Assembly: GCA_039589875.1 (NCBI GenBank)
Contig: JBDHGL010000013.1
Coordinates: forward strand, 1,032 to 65,031
DNA length: 64,000 nucleotides
Origin: Gemmatimonadota bacterium
GTDB lineage: Bacteria > Gemmatimonadota > Gemmatimonadetes > Palauibacterales > Palauibacteraceae
Direction: 5' to 3'
The notes beneath the pieces are model-generated. The model made no database searches and was not told where the DNA came from. It saw only the letters and a list, made by a program, of their open reading frames with translations. Numbering within the stretch: the stretch's first letter is position 1; the number at the start of each line of letters is the position of its first letter. Made by a program: the position numbers and the translations under genes. Positions 18,684 through 28,121 of this stretch are shown piece after piece.

Positions 18684-19604
18684 TCAGCCGAGCCTGTACG
18701 GCACGGTGAGTGGATCCGCGTCCGGACAGCGGACGCGCAACGCCCCGGGCTTCACCTCGTAACTGATCGGCTCCGATCCGGCCGGCTCTCCATCGATCGT
18801 GACCGGCATCGGACCCGCTGCCGCCACCCTGACACGGCGGGCCCGGCGGTGGAGGACGTGGCGGCTTCGCAGCTGCCGGCCGGCCAGCACCCTGGGAACC
18901 AGACCGAACAGCCGCGCGGTCGACAGTGCCGGCAGCACGACGACGTCTAGCAAGCCATCATCGAGACTCGCCGCAGGCGCAACCGGAATTCCGCCACCGA
19001 GGTAGCGGCCGTTGGCGACGACAACGTTCGTCGACTCAAGCTCGAGCACCTGGTCGTCGAGCCGAATCTCGATTGCGAAGCCGGCTGCGGCTCCGAGCTC
19101 GTCCAAAGCCATCCGGAGATACACGGCCGGCCCCCACGTCCGCTTGAGCTCGAGATCGAGTCCCTGAGTAAGATCGCCGCCGAGGCCGGCGACCGACGCG
19201 TTGGCCATCAAGCCCGGGCGCGCGCCGTCGACCGCGACCAGATCGATGCTTCGAGTTCGGCCGCCAAGAGCGATCGCCGCGGCCTCCAGCAAGTCGAGGG
19301 GAATCCCCAGCGATCGGGCCAGATCGTTGCCGGTGCCGAAGGGAAGAATCGCCAGATCGCCCTTGCTCGGAACCAAGGTCAGGCCTGCCACGACTTCATT
19401 GATGGTCCCGTCTCCACCGGCGGCGACAACCAGCGGTGCGCCCCGAGACACGGCTTCCTGCGCCAGGAGCGTGGCGTGCCCCGGCCCTTCGGTCCAGCGC
19501 AGGCGGCTGGCCTCGAAGCCGGCCAGCAGCGCCTCCAACCGGCTCGGCGAGATCTCTCGCCCGGAGCGCGGGTTCGCGATCACTACGGTGGGCGACTCGG
19601 TCAT
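18684..19604 (-). CDS. Diacylglycerol kinase catalytic-domain lipid kinase (YegS/LCB5/BmrU family)
   Basis: DAGK_cat motifs: VIANPRSG, GGDGT (AAGGDGTINEVV), FGTGNDLAR. Confidence 0.85.
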   Translation of the reverse strand: MTESPTVVIANPRSGREISPSRLEALLAGFEASRLRWTEGPGHATLLAQEAVSRGAPLVVAAGGDGTINEVVAGLTLVPSKGDLAILPFGTGNDLARSLGIPLDLLEAAAIALGGRTRSIDLVAVDGARPGLMANASVAGLGGDLTQGLDLELKRTWGPAVYLRMALDELGAAAGFAIEIRLDDQVLELESTNVVVANGRYLGGGIPVAPAASLDDGLLDVVVLPALSTARLFGLVPRVLAGRQLRSRHVLHRRARRVRVAAAGPMPVTIDGEPAGSEPISYEVKPGALRVRCPDADPLTVPYRLG

Positions 19605-19650
19605 CAGAGCGGTACGCCGCTATCTTCAGGAGACTTGAATGGCATTCTCG

Positions 19651-19682
19651 ATCTTCCAACCCTTTGCGAGCTAACACCGTCT
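19651..19682 (+). promoter_or_regulatory. Candidate ECF-type autoregulated promoter upstream of the sigma factor gene
   Basis: CCAACC-N16-CGTCTTAA resembles the GGAAC-N16-CGTC(T) ECF -35/-10 architecture and sits about 35 to 60 bp upstream of the sigma ORF. Confidence 0.3.
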
Positions 19683-19686
19683 TAAC

Positions 19687-20265
19687 GTGCGAGACCGAAA
19701 ACCGCCACGAGAGAGACCGACACTGATCGAGCACGCGCACGTGCCACAGGGGGATCCGGATCTCCGCGATGCGGCGCTCGCCGCCGAAGGAGACGATGGA
19801 GCTTTCGAGCGGCTGTACCGACGTCACGTGAACCGGATTCACAGCCTGGCCCGACGCATGGCGGGGCCGGATGCGGCCGATGAGCTCACACAAGATGCCT
19901 TCGTCCGCGCTTGGCAGAAGATGTCGCAGTTCAGGGGCGAAGCGGCTTTCGGCTCCTGGCTGTACCGAGTCGCGATCAGCGTGATTCTGGGACACAGGAG
20001 GCGCCTGGCGATCCACAGGGGACGCGAGGCACCGGAGGAATCGATTCGAGGAGGAACACCGTCGCATGAGACGAGCACGCAGATCGGGATCGACTTCGAG
20101 GCGGCGATGGAGACGCTGCCCGAGCGGGCCCGGCACGTCTTCGTCCTTCACGACGTGGAAGGATACAAGCACCACGAGATCGCCCGGTTCATGAAGATCA
20201 CGACCGGCACCTCGAAATCTCAGCTGCACAGGGCGCGCATGCTTTTGCGTACGTCGCTGGCCTGA
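19687..20265 (+). CDS. ECF-family RNA polymerase sigma-70 factor
   Basis: Sigma-70 region 2 (ELTQDAFVRAWQKMSQF…SWLYRVA). Region 4 helix-turn-helix (HDVEGYKHHEIARFMKITTGTSKSQLHRAR). The true start may be the internal GTG near 19741. Confidence 0.9.
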   Translation: MRDRKPPRERPTLIEHAHVPQGDPDLRDAALAAEGDDGAFERLYRRHVNRIHSLARRMAGPDAADELTQDAFVRAWQKMSQFRGEAAFGSWLYRVAISVILGHRRRLAIHRGREAPEESIRGGTPSHETSTQIGIDFEAAMETLPERARHVFVLHDVEGYKHHEIARFMKITTGTSKSQLHRARMLLRTSLA

Positions 20266-20275
20266 GGAGACGGAG

Positions 20276-20986
20276 ATGAACGACAGAACGGATATCTGGC
20301 GCGCCCGGCTCTCAGAGTATTTGGATGGCGAGTTGGCGACCCCGGAGCGAGCGGCGCTCGAGGAGCACCTCGAGGAGTGCGGCGACTGCCGGGCCCTGCT
20401 TGACGACCTGCGTCGGGTAATCACGCAGGCGAGCAGGCTGGTTGATTCGCCACCCTCCGAGGACCTGTGGACGGGGATCGCGGAGCGCATCCGCGCCGAG
20501 AAGCCCGCGGGCATCGACCGAGGAGCTTCGACCGTCACGGATCGGCACCGCAGCCGGGAAGCCACCAGGAAGCTCAGCTTCAGCATGCCGCAGCTGGCGG
20601 CCGCCGCCGTATTGCTGGTGACCGTCTCCTCGGGCGTCGCCTGGCAACTGGCAGCAGGCTTCTCTTCTCGGCAGGAGGAAGTGGCTGGCCCGGCGCCGAC
20701 CGCGGTGGCCGGCGAGCTGCTCCGAGTGGCGCGAGTCGCGAACCTCGACTACGAGTCGGCGATCGCGCAGCTGGAGACCGCCCTCGATGCCGGGCGGCAG
20801 AATCTCGATACAGCGACCGTTCGCAAGGTGGAAGAGCGGCTGGCCCTCATCGACAAGGCGATCGAGGAGGCTCGGCAGGCGCTGGCCGCCGATCCGTCCA
20901 ACGCTTACCTGAACCACTATCTGGCCGGCACGATGCGGCGGAAGCTCGACCTCCTGCGCCGCACTGCCGCCCTGACCGAAACCTGA
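20276..20986 (+). CDS. Zinc-finger (ZAS) anti-sigma factor, membrane-spanning
   Basis: Lies 11 nt after the sigma gene. H-x3-C-x2-C motif (HLEECGDCRAL). TM helix (LAAAAVLLVTVSSGVAW). C-terminal periplasmic helical domain. Confidence 0.8.
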   Translation: MNDRTDIWRARLSEYLDGELATPERAALEEHLEECGDCRALLDDLRRVITQASRLVDSPPSEDLWTGIAERIRAEKPAGIDRGASTVTDRHRSREATRKLSFSMPQLAAAAVLLVTVSSGVAWQLAAGFSSRQEEVAGPAPTAVAGELLRVARVANLDYESAIAQLETALDAGRQNLDTATVRKVEERLALIDKAIEEARQALAADPSNAYLNHYLAGTMRRKLDLLRRTAALTET

Positions 20987-21018
20987 TCCCGTGAACCGTA
21001 CGAAGAGAGGATAGAATC

Positions 21019-21882
21019 GTGACAGCAACTATCATCGCGGCCGCGCTCAGCGCCCTGGTGACGGTCCAACAGCAGACGGACACCCTGGTCGCCGTCCCGA
21101 GCGACGTCCGAATCTCGGTGAACAATGTCGCCGGTGACGTGACGGTCAGCAGCTGGGATCAGAACCAGGTGCGCGTCGTGGCCGAACATGGCTCGGACGA
21201 TATCGTGGAGATCGACGCCGAGGGCAATGCGCTCGAGATCCAGGCCGTCTCCGCGACAGGTCACGCGATCGCCGATCTGGAGCTCACCGTCCCGACGGGC
21301 GCCTCGCTCGAGATCCACGCGCCGTTCGCCGATGTGACGATTGAGGGAACGCAAGGCGATGTCACCGTCGAGACGGTGGAGGGAGACATCCACCTGGAGG
21401 GCGGCCGAGGTCAGGTGCAGCTGGACGCGGTGGACGGAGACATCATGATCAGCGGAGCGGAGGGCAACATCCAGGCGGCATCCGTGGACGGAGACGTGAC
21501 CCTGGAAGGCGTATCCGGCGCCATTCAGGCGGAAGCCGTGGACGGAGATGTGGTCCTGATGAACGCCTCATCCGAGAGCGTCGAGGCGGCGACGATCGAC
21601 GGCGACATCGAGTGGGATGGCGACATTCAAGATGGCGGGAGCTACAGCTTCGTGACCCACGATGGAGACCTGCTCGTGGGACTCCAGCCCGGCGCGAACG
21701 CCAGGATTTCCGTCGCCAGCTTCGACGCGGACTTCACGACCGACTTCGAAAGTGCGCTGCAGGAGCTGGAGGCCAGCGAGGGAGCGAAGCGGTTCAGCTT
21801 CGTTCTGGGCAGCGGCAGCGCGCGGGTCGAGCTCGAGTCGTTCGATGGGACGATCCACCTGACGCGGCGCGGCTCCTTCTAG
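21019..21882 (+). CDS. DUF4097 family protein (putative adhesin-like beta-helix; LiaF/YvlB-like)
   Basis: Repetitive (V/I)DGD(V/I)xxxGxxG units (VDGDIMISGAEGNIQAASVDGDVTLEGVSGAIQAEAVDGDVVL) typical of DUF4097. Confidence 0.75.
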   Translation: MTATIIAAALSALVTVQQQTDTLVAVPSDVRISVNNVAGDVTVSSWDQNQVRVVAEHGSDDIVEIDAEGNALEIQAVSATGHAIADLELTVPTGASLEIHAPFADVTIEGTQGDVTVETVEGDIHLEGGRGQVQLDAVDGDIMISGAEGNIQAASVDGDVTLEGVSGAIQAEAVDGDVVLMNASSESVEAATIDGDIEWDGDIQDGGSYSFVTHDGDLLVGLQPGANARISVASFDADFTTDFESALQELEASEGAKRFSFVLGSGSARVELESFDGTIHLTRRGSF

Positions 21883-21920
21883 TCCAGCTTCGGATCGCGG
21901 AGACCGCGGTCGACTAAGGA

Positions 21921-22802
21921 ATGAACCATCACCCGGAGGAAATTCACGTGTTCGCAAGAAAGCTCAACAACCCGCTGGTCGTCTCTCTGGCCGCCGGTCT
22001 GCTGGGACTCGTCCTGGCCAACGAAGCCGCTATCGCACCCGAGCCGTCGCTCGGCAGCCTACACGCCGTGCCGGATGTCGAGCAGGAGAGCCAGGAATTC
22101 CGATGGAGCGGTGCCATGCAGCCGGGAACGACGCTCGAGGTCCGGGGCGTGAACGGTGAGGTGAAGGCGGAGGGCGTCTCGGGCGGCCAGGCCGAGGTCG
22201 TGGCCGTCAAGAAGGGCAAGGATGATGATCCGACCGATGTGCAGGTCGAAGTGGTGGAGCATAGCGGCGGGATCACGATCTGCGCCGTATACCCGAACAA
22301 ACCCGGAAAGGACCCCAACGAGTGCGCACCGGGCGGTGGCGGCCGCATCAGCAGCCACGACAACGACGTCTCCGTGAAGTTCACCGTCCTCGTTCCACGA
22401 GGCGTGAACCTGAAGGCCAGCACGGTCAACGGTGCCGTCGAGGCCCAATCGATCGACGGGGACGTCAACGCTCAGACGGTCAACGGAAGTGTGAAGGTGA
22501 GCGCCGCGGGCACGGCGGAGGCGCAGACGGTCAACGGTTCGGTGACGGCCGCGATGGGACGTGCGGAAGGACCGCTCAGCTTCCAGACCGTGAACGGAAG
22601 CATCACGGTGGAGCTGCCGGAGGGTGTCGGGGCGGATGTGAAGGTTCAGACGGTCAACGGACGCATCAACACGGATTTCCCGATGACCGTGAAGGGCCGA
22701 TTCGGGTCGCGCAGCGCGAGCGGCACGATCGGTGGAGGTGGACCGGACCTCTCCCTGCAGACGGTGAACGGCAGCATCAATCTGAAGCGGGCAAGCAGCT
22801 AG
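21921..22802 (+). CDS. DUF4097 family protein, second paralog with TVNGSV repeats
   Basis: Repeats of QTVNGS(V/I)xV. N-terminal hydrophobic anchor. Same module and strand as the preceding gene. Confidence 0.75.
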   Translation: MNHHPEEIHVFARKLNNPLVVSLAAGLLGLVLANEAAIAPEPSLGSLHAVPDVEQESQEFRWSGAMQPGTTLEVRGVNGEVKAEGVSGGQAEVVAVKKGKDDDPTDVQVEVVEHSGGITICAVYPNKPGKDPNECAPGGGGRISSHDNDVSVKFTVLVPRGVNLKASTVNGAVEAQSIDGDVNAQTVNGSVKVSAAGTAEAQTVNGSVTAAMGRAEGPLSFQTVNGSITVELPEGVGADVKVQTVNGRINTDFPMTVKGRFGSRSASGTIGGGGPDLSLQTVNGSINLKRASS

Positions 22803-22818
22803 GGCGGCCGCCCAGCGG

Positions 22819-23639
22819 CTAGGGGACGACGGCGACGGCCCGCAGAGGGCCGCCGGTCCCGCCGCGAATCTTCATCGGTAACGCGATCACGATAAAGCCG
22901 GTCTCGGGAAGCTCGTCTAGGTTGGCGAGGTTCTCGAGACCTGGCACATCGGCCGCGGCCGCGATGCGGTGCACCGCGAAATCTCGCGAAGCCCCATAGT
23001 CGATCGAAGCCGCGTCGACGCCCAGGGCAGCCACCTGTCGGCCCTCCACCAGCAATCGAGCCGCCTCCTCGCCAAAGCTCGGAAAGTGGAGGGCGCTCGC
23101 ATCACCGGGCGTGTCGTCCCCCAGGTAGGCTTTCCTGTCCGGCCACCTCCGGCCCCATCCCGTGCGGAGCAGAACGATGGTTCGCGGCGGGATCCGTCCG
23201 TGCGCCTGCTCGAAGCGAAGCACGTCATCCGGCGTCAGGCGATAGTCCTGGTTCTGCGCGGCACTCTCCGAAACATCGATGATCACCCCGGGTGCGATCA
23301 GCTTGGCGAGCGGGATCTGATCGGTGGTCTGCCGGCCCTCGCCGAAATGGATCGGTGCGTCCAGGTGGGTCCCGCCGTGCTCCGGAGTAGCCAGGCTGGC
23401 CGAGGCGTAGAAGTATCCTCCCTCGGTCGCGCCCCAGGCGAGCGTGTCCAGCCGGAAGCCTGACGGAGAGGTCGGCCAGTATACGGTGGTGTCATCGAAT
23501 GCGAAGGTGAGGTCGACGAGCCGGGACGAGCTCAGATCTACCGTCTGGCCGAAGAGCCAGGCCGGCGTGAGACATACGGCGAGCACGGCGGGGCGGGCCG
23601 TCCTGACGGCTGAGCGAAAGGCGGTACGGACACGTTGCA
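22819..23639 (-). CDS. Cyclase family protein (kynurenine formamidase-like, PF04199)
   Basis: Start ATG at 23637..23639 (MQRVRTAF…). Conserved HGGTHLDAPIHF metal-binding motif. The track ORF extends further upstream, but that extension overlaps the EamA gene and is low-complexity. Confidence 0.8.
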
Positions 23640-23756
23640 TGAGAATTCCTCCGACGTCTGGCTTTGGCGGTCGTGGGGTGGATCTTACCGCAGGGCCTTG
23701 AGAGGCACGAGCGTGATCAGGAGGCGGGCCGGACGTGAACATCGATCTGGAGCTGG

Positions 23757-24642
23757 AGTGACTCGGGAGGTTCGCGGTACGCTGGCCGTCTTCGGGGCGG
23801 CAATCGGCTACAGCTTTCTGCCCATTCTGGCCAAGCTGGCCCTCGCCGAAGGCGTCCTGCTCCTGCCGATGGTCGCCTGGCGATTCGTAACCGCGAGCGC
23901 CGCGATATGGCTCCTCATGGGGGCGACACGCAGACCGGCCCCGAGTCGACCGACGTGGCCCGGCCTCGTCGGTCTGGGGCTGCTGTACGCCGTCAACGCT
24001 ACAGCCTATCTGGCCGCTCTGCAGTGGCTCTCGGCGTCCTTCGCCTCGCTCGTGTTCTTTACCTATCCCGTTGTAGTCATCGCTCTCGCGGCCCTGTTTC
24101 TCGGCGAGCGGCTTACCCGGCCACGCATGCTGGCCACACTTCTGGCCGTCTCGGGATCCGCACTGATCATCGGTTTTCGGGGCCATCAGGCTGCGCCGGC
24201 CGGACTGCTGCTCATCGCCGTCGCCGTCGCCTTCGTGTCGGTCTACATCCTCTTCGGACAACGGGTGATGAGGGACGCGCCGGCACACGGAGCGGCTGCG
24301 GTCAGCCTGCTCGCCACCGCAACGGTAATGGTCATGACCGCGTGGGCAGCGGGCGGATTGGCGCTGGGTGGTGGGGCGCGCGGAGCCCTGCTCGTGGCGC
24401 TCATGGGCGTGGTGTCTACGGCTCTCCCGGTTACTCTTCTCCTCATCGGGATCCGCGACATCGGGCCCGGGACGGCATCCGTCTACGCCACGGTCGAACC
24501 GCTTCTCACGGTTCTGTTGGCCGCCTCCCTGCTGAGCGAGCGAATCGCGCCGCTCCAGTACGCGGGAGGCGCCGTACTCCTTTCGGGCGTGCTTTGGCTC
24601 CGGCTGCAGCGGCCGCGACAGGCGCCGGCCCTGGCCGAATAG
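23757..24642 (+). CDS. EamA/DMT family transporter
   Basis: About ten TM helices in two EamA-like repeats. GTG start near 23757 (VTREVRGTLAVFGAAIGYSFLPILAKLA…). Confidence 0.8.
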
Positions 24643-24654
24643 CGGAATCGATCT

Positions 24655-25182
24655 CTAGGCCGGTCCCTCCCGGACGTCGGCCATCCACGAGACGTCCACC
24701 GCACCCCGCAGGGTAGCGGCGGTCGGGCACTTGGACTGATGAAGCTCCAGCGCCCAGTCGACGATCTCCCGTGTTCCCTCGGGAATATGAAGCGAGTACT
24801 CGATCTCGATCCGGGTGAGTACGGGCAGCCGGTCGACGATCTCGTTGAAGCCCGTAACCTTGGCCGTGATCGCCTCTGATGGCAGCACCACCTCGCGCGC
24901 CTCCAGCGCGCCGTTCAGGGTTCCCAGCATTCACCCGCCGGTGAGCGCCACCATGTAGTCGACCGGGAGAGGCTGATCCTGCGCTTTCAGCCTGTAGTGC
25001 TCCTTGATCGGGCCGTGCACACCCATATCGAACTCCGCCCCCGTCTCGAGCCGGGCCCGACGGTGCACGCCCTCTACCTTCCAGACGTCGGCTGTCGAAA
25101 TGTAGAACGGCTCGGCCACCTGTCTCCTCCTGTTTCGGGCTCCCCGACAGACCGCGTCGGCCGCGCTGGTCCGTCCAGACAT
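24655..25182 (-). pseudogene. OsmC/Ohr family peroxiredoxin-like gene with one in-frame TGA at the peroxidatic Cys position (candidate selenoprotein or nonsense pseudogene)
   Basis: Two contiguous same-frame ORFs (24931..25182 and 24655..24930) are separated only by TGA: …PVDYMVALTGG-TGA-MLGTLNGALEAREV…. This aligns with OsmC …PEELLLAALAGC…. The second conserved Cys motif is present downstream (KCPTAATLRG). Confidence 0.7.
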
Positions 25183-25269
25183 CTTGCTGGTCGCTCGTAC
25201 CGGCGTCTAGCTTCGGCACGGCGGTCACCCGCCATATCGGTCACTCCAGTGCTACTTCGAGGTTTAAAA

Positions 25270-27075
25270 ATGCTCAATGCGCTCAAGGTTTTGACGATCG
25301 TCGCGGTCATCGCCGCGGCCGGGTGTGCGGGCGGAGACGGCTCTGATGGCGATGCGGCTCCGGACGGTGGAACGCCAAGCGCTCAAGCGCTCGGGGATCT
25401 TGCAGGACGATACTGGGCGTGGAGCCTCGAAGAGTACCCCACGATGGCCACGCGGCTGGGGGACCGTCGCTACGACGACCGGCTCACCGACATCTCGGCG
25501 GCCGCACGAGACAGGCGCCACGCGACTACTGAAGCCTTCCTCGCGGAGCTCCGGGAGATCGGCAACGAGGATCTGAGCGGCCAGGATCTCATCTCCTACC
25601 TCGCTCTGGAGGAGGAGCTGCAGGAGGATCTCGATCGCCGCATCTGCCGCTCGCCGGAGTGGCGGATCGACCATCGGAACGGACCGCAGGTCGGCCTCCA
25701 GAACATCGCCGACGTCCAGCGGGTCGAGACCCCCGCCGATGGCCGGAAAATGGTCGCGAGATGGCAGGCCATGGGCCCGTACATCGACGACTACATCGCC
25801 AACCTGCGGAGCGGGCTGGCGGACGGGCTCGTCCAGAACCGGGTGACCGTGGAGCACGCGATCGAGCAGCTGGAGATGCAGCTCGCTCAGCCCGACGACG
25901 AGTGGCCTCTGGCCGAGCCGGCCGAGATCCGCCGAGAGGGCTGGTCGGAGGAAGCGCACGAGGAATTCAGGGCTGGCCTCCTCTCCGCGATCGGCGAGGG
26001 CGTGCGGCCCTCGTTCGTGCGGCTCAAGGCCCTTCTCGAGGACGAGATCCTCCCGGCGGCCCGGACGGGCGATCAGGTCGGCCTCGTCGGCCTGCCGGCC
26101 GGTGATGAGTGCTACACGGTGCTTCGGCGCTCCTACACGACCCTGGATCTGAGCGCCGAGGAGATCCACGAGATCGGCCTTCAGGAGAACGCTCGTATCC
26201 GGGCGGAGATGGCCGTTCTGGGCGAGAGCGTGTTCGGCACCTCAGACGTCGGCGAGATTCAGACTAGGCTACGGACCGATCCAGAGCTGCACTTCTCGGA
26301 TGAAGAGGAGGTCAAGGCCAAGGCGGAGCAGGCAACGAAACTGGCGCTCGAGACGATCCCTTCCTGGTTCGGGCGGCTCCCCGAGGCGCCGATCGTGGTG
26401 AAGGAGATCCCGTCGTACGAGGCCCCGTTCACGACCATCGCCTACTACCGGCAGCCGGCGACCGACGGCTCCCGGCCCGGCACGTACTTCATCAACACCT
26501 ACGCGCCGACCACCCGGCCGAAGTACGACGCCGAGGTGCTAGCCTACCACGAGGGCATCCCCGGCCATCACCTGCAGATCGCCATCGCGCAGGAGCTGAC
26601 CGGTGTCCCCGAGTTCCGGAAGCATCAAGGAGCGACCGCGTTCGTCGAGGGATGGGCGCTCTACACCGAACGCCTTTCCGACGAGATGGGACTCTACACG
26701 GGAGACCTGGACCGGCTCGGCGTGCTCTCTTTCGATGCCTGGCGGGCGAGCCGCTTGGTGGTGGACACCGGCGTCCACGCGTTCGGCTGGACGCGCCAAC
26801 AGGCGATCGACTACATGCTCGAGAACACGCTGCTCGCCGAGAACAACGTGGTGAACGAGGTCGACCGATATGTCTCGTGGCCGGGTCAGGCCCTGGCCTA
26901 CAAGCTCGGTCAAAGGGAGATCCTCCGGCTGCGTGATCAGGCGAAGGAGGTGCTCGGCCCCAGCTTCGATATCCGAGCCTTCCACGACCGGGTGCTCGAA
27001 AACGGAGCTGTCAGCCTGGCCGTGCTCGGGACGGTGATCGAGGAGTGGCTGGCCGAGGAGGCTGCCAGCGAGTAG
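25270..27075 (+). CDS. DUF885 family lipoprotein (putative metallopeptidase-like)
   Basis: Lipoprotein signal MLNALKVLTIVAVIAAAGC. DUF885 signature including HEGIPGHH. Confidence 0.85.
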   Translation: MLNALKVLTIVAVIAAAGCAGGDGSDGDAAPDGGTPSAQALGDLAGRYWAWSLEEYPTMATRLGDRRYDDRLTDISAAARDRRHATTEAFLAELREIGNEDLSGQDLISYLALEEELQEDLDRRICRSPEWRIDHRNGPQVGLQNIADVQRVETPADGRKMVARWQAMGPYIDDYIANLRSGLADGLVQNRVTVEHAIEQLEMQLAQPDDEWPLAEPAEIRREGWSEEAHEEFRAGLLSAIGEGVRPSFVRLKALLEDEILPAARTGDQVGLVGLPAGDECYTVLRRSYTTLDLSAEEIHEIGLQENARIRAEMAVLGESVFGTSDVGEIQTRLRTDPELHFSDEEEVKAKAEQATKLALETIPSWFGRLPEAPIVVKEIPSYEAPFTTIAYYRQPATDGSRPGTYFINTYAPTTRPKYDAEVLAYHEGIPGHHLQIAIAQELTGVPEFRKHQGATAFVEGWALYTERLSDEMGLYTGDLDRLGVLSFDAWRASRLVVDTGVHAFGWTRQQAIDYMLENTLLAENNVVNEVDRYVSWPGQALAYKLGQREILRLRDQAKEVLGPSFDIRAFHDRVLENGAVSLAVLGTVIEEWLAEEAASE

Positions 27076-27087
27076 CGGACCGGCCGA

Positions 27088-27522
27088 CTAGTAGATGTTC
27101 CAGTAGGTCTGGCTGAGGGGATACTGGAAGGTCACTTCCACCACGTCGCCCCTCTCGACGAGAAGCTCCTCCGTCGCGTAGACGACGTTTGAGCCGATCG
27201 CATCCACCGCGATGCGGAACTGAGTTGATGCCGCCATCGTGCCCCTCACCGCGAACTCCGCGTTTCGGTTGGTGGTCACGACGCCGAGAAACTGGCGGCT
27301 GCCTCCGAACATCGCGTGGACGTTGAGATCGAGCCGGTACCGGTTCTTGATCACCAGGTAGACCGTGTCGGGCACCGCCACGAGCGCCTCGATCTCCGGG
27401 TCGTCCCGACCCCCTGTACCGGTGGCGCATGCGAGCAGCGGAACCAGGACAATCACGCTCATGCCGGCCAGGAGCGCCTCAAATCCGCCCCTTCGAGCCC
27501 ACCGTCTCGGCGCGTCTCTCAT
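27088..27522 (-). CDS. Hypothetical small lipoprotein (paralog A)
   Basis: Start ATG 27520..27522. Basic N-terminus plus lipobox (MRDAPRRWARRGGFEALLAGMSVIVLVPLLACATG). About 40% identical to the adjacent gene. Confidence 0.55.
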   Translation of the reverse strand: MRDAPRRWARRGGFEALLAGMSVIVLVPLLACATGTGGRDDPEIEALVAVPDTVYLVIKNRYRLDLNVHAMFGGSRQFLGVVTTNRNAEFAVRGTMAASTQFRIAVDAIGSNVVYATEELLVERGDVVEVTFQYPLSQTYWNIY

Positions 27523-27566
27523 AACGCGAAACCTCCCCGCCTGCGTGGGGCCATATCGGAGCCTTC

Positions 27567-28013
27567 TCAGTAGCCGGACGCCTGGCCTACCCGTATCGCG
27601 TAGTACGACTGCGTCAGCGGATTCATCACCATGAGCTCGACCAGGTTTCCCTTTCGTACCTGGAGATCGTCCGTCGTGTAGATCGCCTCGGAGCCGATGG
27701 GCGTCGCCGTCAGGAAGAAACGATTGCTCTCCGCGAGGGCTCCCGGTACGACAAACTCTTCGGTGTTGTTCGTGACGACGGTGCCCAGACGTTCTCGCGT
27801 GCCGCCGAAAAAGGCGAAGACGTTCACGTTCTGCCAGTTCCGGTTGGTCACCTGGACGAACACGGTGTCCGGAACGTGAAGGAGCGCGTCGATCTCCGGG
27901 TCCTGGCTTCCGCCCGTCGCGCACGCCAAGGGAAGAAAAACGAACGCGCTCATCCCGGCGACGAGGGCCTCGAAGCCGCTTCGGCGCTTCCATCGTTTCG
28001 CCCCCTTCATCAT
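27567..28013 (-). CDS. Hypothetical small lipoprotein (paralog B), tandem duplicate of 27088..27522
   Basis: MMKGAKRWKRRSGFEALVAGMSAFVFLPLACATGG… It shares PEI(E/D)AL, VPDTV, FGG(S/T)R, VVTxN, EF(A/V)V and PLxQxY motifs with paralog A. Confidence 0.55.
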   Translation of the reverse strand: MMKGAKRWKRRSGFEALVAGMSAFVFLPLACATGGSQDPEIDALLHVPDTVFVQVTNRNWQNVNVFAFFGGTRERLGTVVTNNTEEFVVPGALAESNRFFLTATPIGSEAIYTTDDLQVRKGNLVELMVMNPLTQSYYAIRVGQASGY

Positions 28014-28121
28014 GTCCCGACACCTCCATCGGCGTAGGCAACCTCGCCACGCTCAAGATACATACTCGACCTTCCCGGGAGTACACCGCGGTCCACCGGG
28101 ACGCCGCCGGTTGAGAGCGGT

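Noticed and set aside
19396-20586. 396-aa minus-strand ORF spanning the ECF sigma and anti-sigma genes
   Set aside because: Antisense to two well-supported plus-strand genes, with Arg/Ser-rich composition.
23640-24288. N-terminal 216-aa extension of the cyclase ORF (track ORF 22819..24288)
   Set aside because: The extension overlaps the EamA transporter on the other strand and is charged and low-complexity. The cyclase family starts at the internal ATG (23637..23639), which has a proper N-terminal sequence.
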